A stretch of DNA of 64,000 nt from assembly GCA_902595425.1 (NCBI GenBank), contig CACJPV010000003.1, positions 78,401 to 142,400 of the forward strand. The letters are read 5' to 3'. The translations under genes were made by a program, and so were the position numbers. The notes beneath the pieces are model-generated. The model saw only the letters and a list, made by a program, of their open reading frames with translations, had not been told where the DNA came from and did not search any database. The DNA comes from an uncultured Alphaproteobacteria bacterium. GTDB taxonomy: Bacteria > Pseudomonadota > Alphaproteobacteria > HIMB59 > GCA-002718135. Below are positions 10,426 through 20,572 of this stretch, in pieces (the stretch's first letter is position 1; the number at the start of each line of letters is the position of its first letter).

Positions 10426-10451
10426 TACGTAATTTTTAGTAAATTGGATTA
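10426..10451 (-). promoter_or_regulatory. Putative RpoE(ECF11)-dependent promoter of rpoH2
   Basis: Minus strand reads TAATCC-N16-CGTA ending 12 nt before the rpoH2 ATG; one mismatch to the TGATCC-N16-CGTA consensus. Confidence 0.55.
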
Positions 10452-11258
10452 ATTAGATTCAAATAATTCTAATATTTCGCCTTTTTCTGAGAAAATCCCA
10501 GCAAGTATTTTTTGATTTTTAAGAGGCTGTCTATACAATGAGCACAAAATTTTATTTTTAGAATTTTCTAAGTCGTTAAGCTGATTAGATTGGTATCCTC
10601 TTACAATTCTTTTAAAGGTACTGTATTGTTTGCTAATTAACGCAAAATTTTGATAACCCCACCAGAAACAATCGTTTTGAGCAGATAAAGGTCTTGATAA
10701 ATCTACCCCTCGGTTAACAAACAAAACTTCTTTAGTTTCACTATATGCAGCATGTTTTAAATTAGAAAAATATTCCTTATGACCAGGAGTAATAGATATC
10801 TGATAATTTAATTTTGAAGTTAGTTTGTTAATTTGAATAGTGCCTTGTGTAGCGACTCTCTTAAATTCATCTGGGTCGAAATTATATGAGTAAACTATTT
10901 TATCAACACCATGACTAAAAATCCAATCAAGAATTTCGATTGGATTTGGTGCAATTTGTAATTGAAGTAGTTTACTTAACATTTCCTCTTGAGCGCCCCT
11001 TAGAAAAACAACATCCTCATGTTTTAAATTAAAATTTGCCAGTAGATTAAATCTAAGCTTTACTACTTCAGTTATAATTTCTTTTGATGTATCTCTAAAA
11101 CCAATAACATTTCCTAAAAAAATAAGTTTGTCACCTTTAACAAAATTTGCCAAAATATATTTCTTTATTGATTTAAATGAATCTAAATCAGAGTGTATTG
11201 ATCCAATTGCCCAGATCCTATTTATATTTTTTAATTCTTGAAACTTACTATTACTCAA
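10449..11258 (-). CDS. Degenerate calcineurin-like metallophosphoesterase homolog
   Basis: RIWAIGSIHS, FLGNVIG and FLRGAQEE occupy the GDxHG, GDxxDRG and GNHE motif positions, with substituted ligands. Confidence 0.7.
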   Translation of the reverse strand: MSNSKFQELKNINRIWAIGSIHSDLDSFKSIKKYILANFVKGDKLIFLGNVIGFRDTSKEIITEVVKLRFNLLANFNLKHEDVVFLRGAQEEMLSKLLQLQIAPNPIEILDWIFSHGVDKIVYSYNFDPDEFKRVATQGTIQINKLTSKLNYQISITPGHKEYFSNLKHAAYSETKEVLFVNRGVDLSRPLSAQNDCFWWGYQNFALISKQYSTFKRIVRGYQSNQLNDLENSKNKILCSLYRQPLKNQKILAGIFSEKGEILELFESN

Positions 11259-11759
11259 TTATTTATTTCTAAGTATATTTTCAATTTTTTCAGTTGATTG
11301 AAAATAATCAGTTTTTTCAACTGCAGCTAATTCTCTTGCCAATCTTTCAATAGCAACTTGAAACATTTGTCTTTCGCTATACGATTGTTCAGACTGAGTA
11401 TTTTTTCTAAATAGGTCTCTTACAACTTCAGCTATCTTTATAGGATCACCAGAAAAAATTTTTGTATCATATTCTTGGGCTCTTCTACTCCACATAATTC
11501 TCCTAATTTTTGGCTTAAGTTTCAAAACATCATAAACTTCATTAATTATCTTTTTGTTAGATACTTTTCTTAACCCAACTTCATTCTGTTTATCCAAAGG
11601 TACTCTTATTGTTAATTTTGATTGCTCCATTTTAACAACATAAAACTTTGTTTTAATATTAGCTATCTCGAGTGTTTCTATTTGTGTAATTTCACCTACT
11701 CCATGCTTTGGATAAACTACTGTTTCACCAACACTAAAATCAACTTTTTTCGGACTCAT
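11259..11759 (-). CDS. carD: CarD/CdnL family transcriptional regulator
   Basis: [32 protein letters not shown]. Confidence 0.95.
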   Translation of the reverse strand: MSPKKVDFSVGETVVYPKHGVGEITQIETLEIANIKTKFYVVKMEQSKLTIRVPLDKQNEVGLRKVSNKKIINEVYDVLKLKPKIRRIMWSRRAQEYDTKIFSGDPIKIAEVVRDLFRKNTQSEQSYSERQMFQVAIERLARELAAVEKTDYFQSTEKIENILRNK

Positions 11760-12094
11760 ATTTTATTTCCAGGATTTTTACTAAAGTGATTTTCAAATTT
11801 ATTTTCAACATTTTCCCAATCTTTTGCATCATTTGGAGGATCTCTCTTTTCAGTTATTACAGGCCAAATTTCTGAATATTTTCTGTTTACTTCTGCCCAT
11901 TTTTCCATTCCATCTTCAGTATCAGAATGAATTGCCTCAACAGGACACTCTGGTTCACATACCCCACAATCAATACACTCATCTGGATGAATGACAAGCA
12001 TATTTTCTCCTTCATAAAAGCAATCAACAGGGCAAACTTCGACACAATCCATATGTTTACACTTAATACATTTTTCATCAACTACATATGTCAT
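11756..12094 (-). CDS. fdxA: 7Fe ferredoxin FdxA
   Basis: [18 protein letters not shown] and [12 protein letters not shown]. Confidence 0.96.
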   Translation of the reverse strand: MTYVVDEKCIKCKHMDCVEVCPVDCFYEGENMLVIHPDECIDCGVCEPECPVEAIHSDTEDGMEKWAEVNRKYSEIWPVITEKRDPPNDAKDWENVENKFENHFSKNPGNKI

Positions 12095-12543
12095 TTTTGC
12101 TCAACTTTCTTAATAGCTCTATTTTTGGCATTACCACAATCTACATCTGATACATATAAAAGACCTGCGAGTCTTCTGATAAGGTTAGTTTCAAAATCAT
12201 GCATTTCACCATCTGATAAAATAACTTCCCACAGAGCCTCTATTAATAATATTTTTCTTTCATTAGAAAAAGATTTATTTAATTTTGAAGTATAAAAATA
12301 TAGTGATTTAGAATTGTCTTTATCATTAAAAGCTTTAGTTAAACTATTTTCAACTATTTTTGGATCTTCTTTGAATATATTAATCAAGCTATATGAAATT
12401 TGATTTAGCTCTTCTTGTGTTATTTTGCCATCAGTATTTGCAGCCTCTATCATAAGTCCAGATAAAATATCAATTTCATTAGTATCAATTGTATAATTTA
12501 AATCTTGATTATTTGAAAAAAAGTTTTTTAAAGATTGCAACAA
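12091..12543 (-). CDS. TerB family protein
   Basis: [10 protein letters not shown]...EE and [25 protein letters not shown]. Confidence 0.85.
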   Translation of the reverse strand: MLQSLKNFFSNNQDLNYTIDTNEIDILSGLMIEAANTDGKITQEELNQISYSLINIFKEDPKIVENSLTKAFNDKDNSKSLYFYTSKLNKSFSNERKILLIEALWEVILSDGEMHDFETNLIRRLAGLLYVSDVDCGNAKNRAIKKVEQK

Positions 12544-12568
12544 GATATTTCCTTAATTTAAAATTTCC

Positions 12569-15133
12569 TTAAAGTAATTTTTCCAAAACTGCAAAAGGAG
12601 AATTTGGATCGACTGTGTTTTTACTTTTATTAGCCATTTTTTTATTATTTGGTTTTTTACTTAGATTTATATTTTTTAACTTATTTTTTTTTGGTTTAGT
12701 CGATATTTTTTTTACTTGATGAAAATATATATTCCTTTCATTTGATAATTTAAAATAAGCAAAACCACAAAATTTAAGTATGTCTCTAAGTTCCTCTTTG
12801 TTACAACCAACAGGATTCATTAAATCTGATGAGTCAAGAAAGGGGCCTAACTTAATTTTTTGCCGAGCAAGAAAAAAAATTCTTTCAAAAACATCTACTC
12901 GTAAAGAAAACTTACCTAATTTAATATAACCTATAGAAGTCCAATAGTCTTTTTTCATTTCATTATCAGCTGTAAAAGACACCCTTCCATCTTTGGGTAA
13001 AGGTATTTTTCCTTCAAATTTAAAATTATTATAAACACACCATAAAATGGCAATTAACTCTATAGATAATTTTTTTAAAAAACCTGGTACGAAAAAAAAC
13101 TTAGCTCCAATTCTTATTCCAATTTTAGAAAGCGCATTTTTTTCATCCACTGATAAAGATTTTATCACATTGCTGAATTTATCAACAGGTATAATGCCTA
13201 TATTTTCAAATATATTAAATTGTATTCCTCTAACACTTGATGATAATTGATCATCAAAAGTATCTTTAATTGGCCACAGTTGTGCTTTAATTAACTCATC
13301 AATCCATTTTTGAAGTTTTGCAGCTACCAACAACTTCATATCTGAACTTAAATATTCACTATTTAATGCCTCAGCAGTGGGGGATGATAAAGAGGGACCT
13401 TTTATTAACCGACCTACTTTTTCTTCTCCCCATAAAATATATATGTCTTCATTAAAATTAATCTCCTCAATATTTCCAAAATTAATTGACTCATTTGGTG
13501 CATTTAAGAAATTGTTTACTTTTTCTTCAATCATTAATCTAATTGATTTTTTTACATGAGTTATAGAAAAAAGAGAATGAGAAATTACATCTTTATTAAA
13601 TTTTAAATTAAAACCGTCAAACTTTCCATATTCAATATTATTTATAACCAAAACTTTGTAATTATTAACAATAAAATCTTCAATTTTATTATTATTTATC
13701 GATCCTAAGAAATATTTAGAGGTTGAGTCCACAAATCTATTTGTTAATCCCTCATGTAAATTGTCAGATAAGTTATTTTCAATGCTATGAGTAATTTCCT
13801 GCCAGTATTTTTGATTATCAATCCAGTCTTGATGATTAGAAATATATGTCCAAGTTCTTATTTGAGAAATTTTAAGAGATAGTTCTTCTATACCACCACT
13901 AAATTTTTGAAGGTTTAAAATATTTTTTTCTAACCATAATTTAGGAATCTTATTATTTTTTATCAAAAGCAAAAATATGGTTTTTAAAAATTGTAAATAA
14001 GCGTCATTGAATAATTTTTGAAAATCTGGAATTCTACAAACATCCCAGAGTAATTTGATTCTTTCCTCATTGATCATCAGTTTTTTAATCTGCTCATCTT
14101 CAATTAAATTTCTAAAGTTAATTTCATCAACGGCATTTTTTTTATGAACAAAGAAACTTTCTACATGGAAGTTTTTGAGGCTTGATAGAAAATTTTCTAA
14201 ATTTGAAAAATCCAGTTTTGAATTTCTCCAATAAATTTTATTAATTGAGTCAAAATTGCTGTTTTCAATATCTTGAATAGTTTTTATATCTAAATCTCCA
14301 GCATATTTTAATAATGAAAAGGTTCCATTATTTTCAAATCTTCCTGCTCTACCTGCAATTTGACCTAATTCACTGGGATACAAATTTCTTTTGTATCTTC
14401 CATCAAATTTTTCTATTGATGAAAAGGCAATGTGATCAATATTTAGATTTAAGCCCATCCCTATAGCATCTGTAGCAACTAGATAATCAACTTTTTTTTC
14501 TTCATATATTTCTACCTGAGCATTTCTAGTTCTAGGACTAAGAGAACCTAATACAACAGCTGCTCCTCCTCTATGAGATCTAAGATTTTCAGCAATTTCA
14601 TAAACATTGTTAATATTGAAAGCTATTACTGCTGATCTAGGTTTAAGTTTTGAAAAGCTTCTTATTGCATTATAGCTAAGTTTAGAAAATCTCTCTCTTA
14701 ACTCAAATTTTATACGTGGAAAAATTTTTGACAATATAGATCTCATTGTCAAGGCACCTAGAAAAATTGTTTCAAATTCACCTCTGGTATTCAATAAGTG
14801 CTCAGTAAATACATGACCTCTCTCATAATCTGATGCTAATTGAATTTCATCAATTGCTACACATTCTACATTAATATTTTTAGGAATAGACTCTACTGTA
14901 CAAAAAAAATATTTTGCTTCTTTAGGTATGAATTTTTCTTCACCGGTCACTAAAGCAACATGATTTATCCCAATTTTTTTTACAGCCTTGTCATAATTTT
15001 CTCTTGCTAATAAGCGTAAAGGAAATCCGAAAATTCCTGACTTATAAGACATGAGTCTCTCAAATGCGAGGTAAGTTTTTCCTGTGTTGGTTGGTCCTAG
15101 TATTGCTACTAGATTATTATCATCTGGTTTCAC
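12569..15133 (-). CDS. SUV3/MgpS-like ATP-dependent helicase
   Basis: GPTNTGKT, PLRLLARE, DEIQ, ATDAIGMGLN, QIAGRAGR; C-terminal DPNSPFAVL. Confidence 0.9.
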   Translation of the reverse strand: MKPDDNNLVAILGPTNTGKTYLAFERLMSYKSGIFGFPLRLLARENYDKAVKKIGINHVALVTGEEKFIPKEAKYFFCTVESIPKNINVECVAIDEIQLASDYERGHVFTEHLLNTRGEFETIFLGALTMRSILSKIFPRIKFELRERFSKLSYNAIRSFSKLKPRSAVIAFNINNVYEIAENLRSHRGGAAVVLGSLSPRTRNAQVEIYEEKKVDYLVATDAIGMGLNLNIDHIAFSSIEKFDGRYKRNLYPSELGQIAGRAGRFENNGTFSLLKYAGDLDIKTIQDIENSNFDSINKIYWRNSKLDFSNLENFLSSLKNFHVESFFVHKKNAVDEINFRNLIEDEQIKKLMINEERIKLLWDVCRIPDFQKLFNDAYLQFLKTIFLLLIKNNKIPKLWLEKNILNLQKFSGGIEELSLKISQIRTWTYISNHQDWIDNQKYWQEITHSIENNLSDNLHEGLTNRFVDSTSKYFLGSINNNKIEDFIVNNYKVLVINNIEYGKFDGFNLKFNKDVISHSLFSITHVKKSIRLMIEEKVNNFLNAPNESINFGNIEEINFNEDIYILWGEEKVGRLIKGPSLSSPTAEALNSEYLSSDMKLLVAAKLQKWIDELIKAQLWPIKDTFDDQLSSSVRGIQFNIFENIGIIPVDKFSNVIKSLSVDEKNALSKIGIRIGAKFFFVPGFLKKLSIELIAILWCVYNNFKFEGKIPLPKDGRVSFTADNEMKKDYWTSIGYIKLGKFSLRVDVFERIFFLARQKIKLGPFLDSSDLMNPVGCNKEELRDILKFCGFAYFKLSNERNIYFHQVKKISTKPKKNKLKNINLSKKPNNKKMANKSKNTVDPNSPFAVLEKLL

Positions 15134-15138
15134 TTAAC

Positions 15139-17781
15139 TTAAGAAGCTTTTTTAATAATCGAATTTAACACGTATTGTAAAATACCACCCTGTTTATAAT
15201 AATCCAACTCTTTAATAGTATCTATTCTGCAAAGGAGTTTTACTGATTTAACATCATTAGATTTAATTTCACAAATTAGCTCTGAATTCGGTTTAATAGA
15301 GCTAAGCCCTCTAATAGTGATTAATTCATTCCCTATAATGTTAAGTGATTTTCTGTTTTGATCTGAAGTAAATTGCAATGGCAATACACCCATGCCAATT
15401 AAATTTGAACGATGTATTCTCTCAAAACTCTCAGCAATCACAGCCTTAATGCCTAGTAATTTTGTGCCTTTTGCTGCCCAATCTCTCGATGATCCTGTGC
15501 CATATTCTTTACCTGCAAATATAACTAAAGGCGTATCTTTTTTTGCATATTCGTTTGCAGCATCATAAATCGACATTTCTTGATTCTTGTCATCAAAAAA
15601 TTTTGTTATACCTCCTTCAGTACCAGGAACAATCTCATTTTTTATTCTTATGTTTGCAAATGTTCCCCTCATCATTATTTCATGATTTCCTCTTCTGGCC
15701 CCATATGAATTGAAATCTTTTCTACTTATTTGTCTTTCATTTAAATATTTCCCAGCTGGACTATCTGGTTTTATAGCTCCAGCAGGAGAAATATGATCGG
15801 TTGTTACGCTATCGCCTAAAAGTGCAAGGATTCTTGCGTTAACGATATCTTTGAATTCATCCTCTTCATTTGCAAAAAAAGGTGGATGTTTAATATATGT
15901 GCTAGAAACATTCCATGGATAGGTAGTTTCAGAAACGCTATTTATTGATTTCCAATTTTCATCACCACTATATATCTCGTCATATCTTTTTAAAAACATA
16001 TCAGTAGATAATGATTTATTTACAATATTGTTAATTTCTTTTGTGGATGGCCACAAATCTGTAAGAAAAACCTCTTTTCCAGATTTGCTAAAACCTATAG
16101 GATCATTGAATAAATTAATATTCATATTTCCAGCGATTGCAAAAGCTACCACCAGTGGGGGTGAAGCAAGAAAGTTGGCTTTTACTTCTTGATGAACACG
16201 ACCTTCAAAGTTTCTGTTTCCAGATAAAACTGAACAAACTGTTAGATCATTTTCTTTAATTTCTTTTGATATCCATTCATTTAATGGTCCTGAATTACCA
16301 ATACATGTAGTACATCCATAGCCTACTAAATTAAAACCAATTTTATTTAAATATTCAGATAATTCAGCCTTATCTAAATAATCACTCACAACTTTGCTAC
16401 CTGGCGCTAAGCTTGTTTTTACCCAGGGCTTGACCTTTAGCCCAAGCTCAACAGCCTTCTTTGCAACAAGTCCTGCCGCTATCATGACATTAGGATTAGA
16501 AGTATTTGTGCAGCTTGTAATTGCGGCAATAACTACATCTCCAGACTGGAGTTCTTTTTTGTTAATCGGTTTTTTAAAAACAGAATTTTCTATTTCTTTA
16601 AAAACACTTGGTATGTCTGTTACAAAAATTTTGTCTTGTGGGCGCTTAGGTCCAGCTACGGATGGTTTTATATTTTCTAAATCTAAATTCAAAGTTTCAT
16701 CAAAATTAGGTTCATAATCATTCTCTGACCAGAGACATTGCAATTTAGTATATTCTTTTACAATATTTATTTGATGATGATCTTTTCCAGATAATTTCAA
16801 ATAATTTAACGTTTCATTATCTGTTGAAAAAAACCCACAAGTCGCACCGTATTCTGGTGCCATATTTGATATCGTAGATCTATCAGCAAGAGATAAATTT
16901 TTAAGGCCATTTCCAAAAAATTCTACAAATTTTCCAACTACTCCTTTTTTTCTCAATATTTCAGTAATTGTTAAAACTAAATCAGTTGCTGTTATACCTT
17001 CTTTAAGTTCCCCATTTAAGTTAAAACCAATTACTTTTGGAATATTCATAGATATTGGTTGCCCTAGCATTGCGGCCTCTGCCTCTATTCCGCCGACACC
17101 CCAGCCTAAAACTGAAAGTGCATTTACCATAGTTGTGTGGCTATCAGTGCCCACAACAGAGTCTGGATAGAGATAGTTTTCATTTTTTATTTTTTTAGAC
17201 CATACTGTCCTGGCAATGTTCTCAAGGTTTACTTGATGACAAATTCCACCACCTGGAGGCACTAAATAAAAATTATCAAATGTCTTTTGGCCCCATTTTA
17301 AAAATTCATACCTTTCTTTATTTCGATCAAATTCTTTTTTTACGTTGTCCTCAAGAGCTCTATCATTTCCAAAATGATCCACCATTACTGAATGATCAAT
17401 GACCAAGTCAACTCTTGATAAAGGATTTATATTATTTGGATTTATACCTTTGTGTCTCAATGCATCTCTCATAGCAGCCAAATCAGCCACAGCTGGGACT
17501 CCTGTAAAATCCTGCATAAGAACTCGGGTTGGGGTAAATGATATTTCAAAATTTTCGAATGGTTTAGTAATTTTTTTACATAAATTATCTATCATTTCTC
17601 TTGTTACAGCTTCTCCATCTTCGTTCCTAAGAAGATTTTCAATTATTATTTTTATTGAATTTGGTATTTTGGCTAGGTCGAAATTATAAATTTGTGACAG
17701 AGTGTTTAAATCAAAATAAGTATATTCTCTCTCATCAATTATGATATTTTTTTGAGTATTAAAAGAATTTAAAGATGTCAT
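15139..17781 (-). CDS. acnA: Aconitate hydratase A
   Basis: MQDFTGVP, IDHSV, GTDSHT, AITSCTNTSNP, GYGCTTCIGNSG, GSSRDWAAKG. Confidence 0.98.
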   Translation of the reverse strand: MTSLNSFNTQKNIIIDEREYTYFDLNTLSQIYNFDLAKIPNSIKIIIENLLRNEDGEAVTREMIDNLCKKITKPFENFEISFTPTRVLMQDFTGVPAVADLAAMRDALRHKGINPNNINPLSRVDLVIDHSVMVDHFGNDRALEDNVKKEFDRNKERYEFLKWGQKTFDNFYLVPPGGGICHQVNLENIARTVWSKKIKNENYLYPDSVVGTDSHTTMVNALSVLGWGVGGIEAEAAMLGQPISMNIPKVIGFNLNGELKEGITATDLVLTITEILRKKGVVGKFVEFFGNGLKNLSLADRSTISNMAPEYGATCGFFSTDNETLNYLKLSGKDHHQINIVKEYTKLQCLWSENDYEPNFDETLNLDLENIKPSVAGPKRPQDKIFVTDIPSVFKEIENSVFKKPINKKELQSGDVVIAAITSCTNTSNPNVMIAAGLVAKKAVELGLKVKPWVKTSLAPGSKVVSDYLDKAELSEYLNKIGFNLVGYGCTTCIGNSGPLNEWISKEIKENDLTVCSVLSGNRNFEGRVHQEVKANFLASPPLVVAFAIAGNMNINLFNDPIGFSKSGKEVFLTDLWPSTKEINNIVNKSLSTDMFLKRYDEIYSGDENWKSINSVSETTYPWNVSSTYIKHPPFFANEEDEFKDIVNARILALLGDSVTTDHISPAGAIKPDSPAGKYLNERQISRKDFNSYGARRGNHEIMMRGTFANIRIKNEIVPGTEGGITKFFDDKNQEMSIYDAANEYAKKDTPLVIFAGKEYGTGSSRDWAAKGTKLLGIKAVIAESFERIHRSNLIGMGVLPLQFTSDQNRKSLNIIGNELITIRGLSSIKPNSELICEIKSNDVKSVKLLCRIDTIKELDYYKQGGILQYVLNSIIKKAS

Positions 17782-18063
17782 GTTAATAAATTAGTTATAA
17801 TAAAATGTACTTACACCTAACTGACACTATTTTTTAATTTTAAACAGTAATCGAAATTAATAAATAAGTTTGAGATTAATAATACTGAATAAAATTTTTG
17901 TATAGTTATTTTCTAAATTTTTAATTAGAAAACTGGGAAAAATAATGAACATTTGTAGATTTTAAATTCATTCTTAAAAAAAATTTTTTTTTGAGTTTAC
18001 ATTTTTCTTAATTTGTTGACTTTGTGCGTAAGTTTTGGGAAAAAAAGACAGCCTTTTATGTTT

Positions 18064-18102
18064 GTCACTTTTTTTAAGTGATGATGGAGGGGGGTTCCTC
18101 CA
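18064..18102 (+). promoter_or_regulatory. Two-hairpin structured leader upstream of the histone-like gene
   Basis: TCACTT-N5-AAGTGA (18065-18081) and GC-rich TGGAGG-N6-CCTCCA (18085-18102) just before the AAGGAG SD. Confidence 0.4.
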
Positions 18103-18128
18103 CTTTAACCCAATACAAGGAGCATTAA

Positions 18129-18308
18129 ATGGCAAAGAAGAAAAAGAAAGCAGCAGCAAAAAGAAAGAAAGCTGCACCAAAAAGAAAGAAAGCAGCACCA
18201 AAAAGAAAGAAAGCTGCTCCTAAGAAGAAAAAGAAAGCAGCACCAAAAAGAAAGAAAAAAGCTGCTCCTAAGAAAAAGAAAAAGGCTGCTAAGAAAAGAA
18301 GAAGATAG
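18129..18308 (+). CDS. 59-aa histone H1-like Lys/Ala/Pro-rich basic protein (absent from ORF track)
   Basis: AAGGAG SD at 18117-18122; translates MAKKKKKAAAKRKKAAPKRKKAAPKRKKAAPKKKKKAAPKRKKKAAPKKKKKAAKKRRR; repeats differ at synonymous positions; terminator downstream. Confidence 0.85.
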   Translation: MAKKKKKAAAKRKKAAPKRKKAAPKRKKAAPKKKKKAAPKRKKKAAPKKKKKAAKKRRR

Positions 18309-18373
18309 TCTATTTTCTTTAAGTAGAAAAAAAATATTAATTTTTTTCTTTTTCTTAATTTTTCTAAAATTAC

Positions 18374-18399
18374 AAAAACGGGGTTTACCCCGTTTTTTT
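18374..18399 (+). terminator. Intrinsic terminator after histone-like gene
   Basis: AAAAACGGGG-TTTA-CCCCGTTTTTTT hairpin plus T tract. Confidence 0.85.
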
Positions 18400-18435
18400 A
18401 TTGTTTAATGAGTAAAATAATTTTAATGTTTAAAA

Positions 18436-19044
18436 ATGCTTCTTATCAACAATTTATCTTTTTTTAGAAATGACAATCTAATTTTTGAAAATGTAAATGT
18501 ATCATTGAGTAATGGTCAAGTTATACAAATAAGAGGAAAAAATGGTTCTGGTAAAACAACTTTTCTAAAAGTTATTTTAAATATTCTTATATCAAAAACT
18601 GGAGAAATATTTTGGGAAGGGCAAAATATTAAAAAAAATATATTTAAATTTTATAATCAAGTTACTTATATTGCAGACCATAACACTTCCTCTAGAAAAC
18701 TATCAGTATTGGATAATATTAAATTTTGGAAAGAATTGTCGTCTTCAAATTTAAGTGATGATGATAGTTTGTTACTTTTAGAAACATTTAATTTAAAAAA
18801 ATATCTAAATGTAGAAACGATGTATTTGTCTTCTGGTGAAATTAAAAAATTAGAACTTTTAAGACTTGTATTAGAGCAGAAAAAATTATGGATATTAGAT
18901 GAGCCCTATAATCATCTTGATGATTTATCTACAGAAATTTTGAATCAAACTTTTGTTGATCATATAAATAATGATGGCATTATTTTATTTGCATCACACT
19001 ATAATCCAGTAATTAGTAAGTTGGAAATTCTAGAATTTAATTAA
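18436..19044 (+). CDS. ccmA: Heme ABC exporter ATPase CcmA
   Basis: GKNGSGKT, LSSGE, WILDEP; first gene of ccm cluster. Confidence 0.92.
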   Translation: MLLINNLSFFRNDNLIFENVNVSLSNGQVIQIRGKNGSGKTTFLKVILNILISKTGEIFWEGQNIKKNIFKFYNQVTYIADHNTSSRKLSVLDNIKFWKELSSSNLSDDDSLLLLETFNLKKYLNVETMYLSSGEIKKLELLRLVLEQKKLWILDEPYNHLDDLSTEILNQTFVDHINNDGIILFASHYNPVISKLEILEFN

Positions 19045-19045
19045 T

Positions 19046-19717
19046 ATGATATTAATAAAAAAAATATTTTTGTTTTTTAAAAGAGAGTCAAAATTATTTT
19101 ATAGAAATATTGTTGATCTATTTTCAAATATTTTATTTTTTTTCTTATCTATTTTTATTTTTGTTTTTGCGCTAGGAACAGACGAACAACTTTTAAAATC
19201 AATTGGTCTGGGAATAATTTGGAGTTTATTGCTCCTTAGCTCTACTTTGAGTTTAAGAAGATTTTATGAAGAAGATTTTAATAATGGTGTGCTCATAATT
19301 ATTCATATGCGCGGTATTAGTTATGAATTAATTGTTTTTTTAAAAATATTATCTCATTTTTTATTTGTTCAAATGCCTTTTCTTATCTCTATTCCTGTTG
19401 CAAGCCTTCTTTTTAACCTTCCAATTTATGAAGTTTATAATTTAATGATTACTTTTATTATTGGGTCATTGATTTTATCTTGTTTGAGCTCTATGTCAGC
19501 ATCAATGAATTTATTAAATAAAGCAAATTTTTCAATTGGTGGAATAATTGTTCTTTTGTTTAGTATACCTATAATAATATTTTCTGTTGGCATAAATGAA
19601 ATTGAGAGTGATTATAAATCTTTAATAAATATACTAATAGGTATAGCTCTAATTTTTTTAGGAATATCTCCTTGGGCTAGTGCGTCTTTTTTAAAATTGG
19701 CTATTAGGAATAAATGA
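19046..19717 (+). CDS. ccmB: Heme exporter permease CcmB
   Basis: 6 TM, RFYEEDFNNG motif, position between ccmA and ccmC. Confidence 0.85.
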   Translation: MILIKKIFLFFKRESKLFYRNIVDLFSNILFFFLSIFIFVFALGTDEQLLKSIGLGIIWSLLLLSSTLSLRRFYEEDFNNGVLIIIHMRGISYELIVFLKILSHFLFVQMPFLISIPVASLLFNLPIYEVYNLMITFIIGSLILSCLSSMSASMNLLNKANFSIGGIIVLLFSIPIIIFSVGINEIESDYKSLINILIGIALIFLGISPWASASFLKLAIRNK

Positions 19718-20409
19718 TGTTTAGTTTTTTGATCAATCCTTCCAAGTTTAATAAATTTACAGATATAATATTTAAACCACTTGTATTCATTAGTTCAGTA
19801 ATTTTAATTGTTGGTTTAATATTGGTTTATTTATCTCCCTTAGATTATCAGCAAGGTTTGACTGTTAAAATCATGTATATACACGTTCCCTCTGCTTGGT
19901 TGGCACTACTTACATATGCTATTATGACAATATATAGCATTATTGGAATTGCCTTTAAAATGCCCTTTAGTTTTATAATCAATAGAGCAGTTGCTCCAAT
20001 TGGAGCAGTTTTCACACTTTTATGCCTTATATCGGGTTCGCTATGGGGAAAACCAATGTGGGGCACTTGGTGGGTCTGGGATGCAAGATTAACATCTGTT
20101 TCTATTTTGTTACTTTTGTATTTGGTAATTATTTTTCTAAACCAAACCTTTGAAAACAGGGATGTAAGAGAAAAAACTATAGCAATATTTATAATAATTG
20201 GTTCAATCAATCTGCCAATAATAAAATTTTCTGTTGATTGGTGGAATACATTGCATCAACCTGCAAGCATTAGCAAACTTTCTGCTCCCTCTATAGATGG
20301 CTCAATGCTTCAGCCTCTTTTAGTTATGACTATTGCTTTTAGCTTGATAGGCTTGATGATAGCAGTGTTGAGAATAAAGGCAGAGATTTTGATTAGAAAA
20401 AACCATTAA
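19714..20409 (+). CDS. ccmC: Heme exporter CcmC
   Basis: YIHVPSAW, WGKPMWGTWWVWDARLTS, WWNTLHQ. Confidence 0.97.
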   Translation: MMFSFLINPSKFNKFTDIIFKPLVFISSVILIVGLILVYLSPLDYQQGLTVKIMYIHVPSAWLALLTYAIMTIYSIIGIAFKMPFSFIINRAVAPIGAVFTLLCLISGSLWGKPMWGTWWVWDARLTSVSILLLLYLVIIFLNQTFENRDVREKTIAIFIIIGSINLPIIKFSVDWWNTLHQPASISKLSAPSIDGSMLQPLLVMTIAFSLIGLMIAVLRIKAEILIRKNH

Positions 20410-20471
20410 GTTAATCTTTGTGACCTTTAGTCATCGCTTTAAATATTATTAAATTTTATATATTAGTAATT

Positions 20472-20570
20472 ATGTATTTTTGGTTTGTATTTGTAACTTA
20501 TGCTTCAGCATTCTTTTTGATTTTTGGGTTATTATTGCAATCATATTTAAAATTGAAAAATCTTAAATAA
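20472..20570 (+). CDS. ccmD: Heme exporter protein CcmD (32 aa, absent from ORF track)
   Basis: MYFWFVFVTYASAFFLIFGLLLQSYLKLKNLK: single TM with FV..Y pattern and basic tail, between ccmC and ccmE. Confidence 0.7.
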   Translation: MYFWFVFVTYASAFFLIFGLLLQSYLKLKNLK

Positions 20571-20572
20571 TT

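Noticed and set aside
17974-18223. ORF-track entries 17974-18201 (-) and 18035-18223 (+)
   Set aside because: Antisense or alternative-frame shadows of the histone-like gene at 18129-18308, which has the SD and synonymous repeat variation
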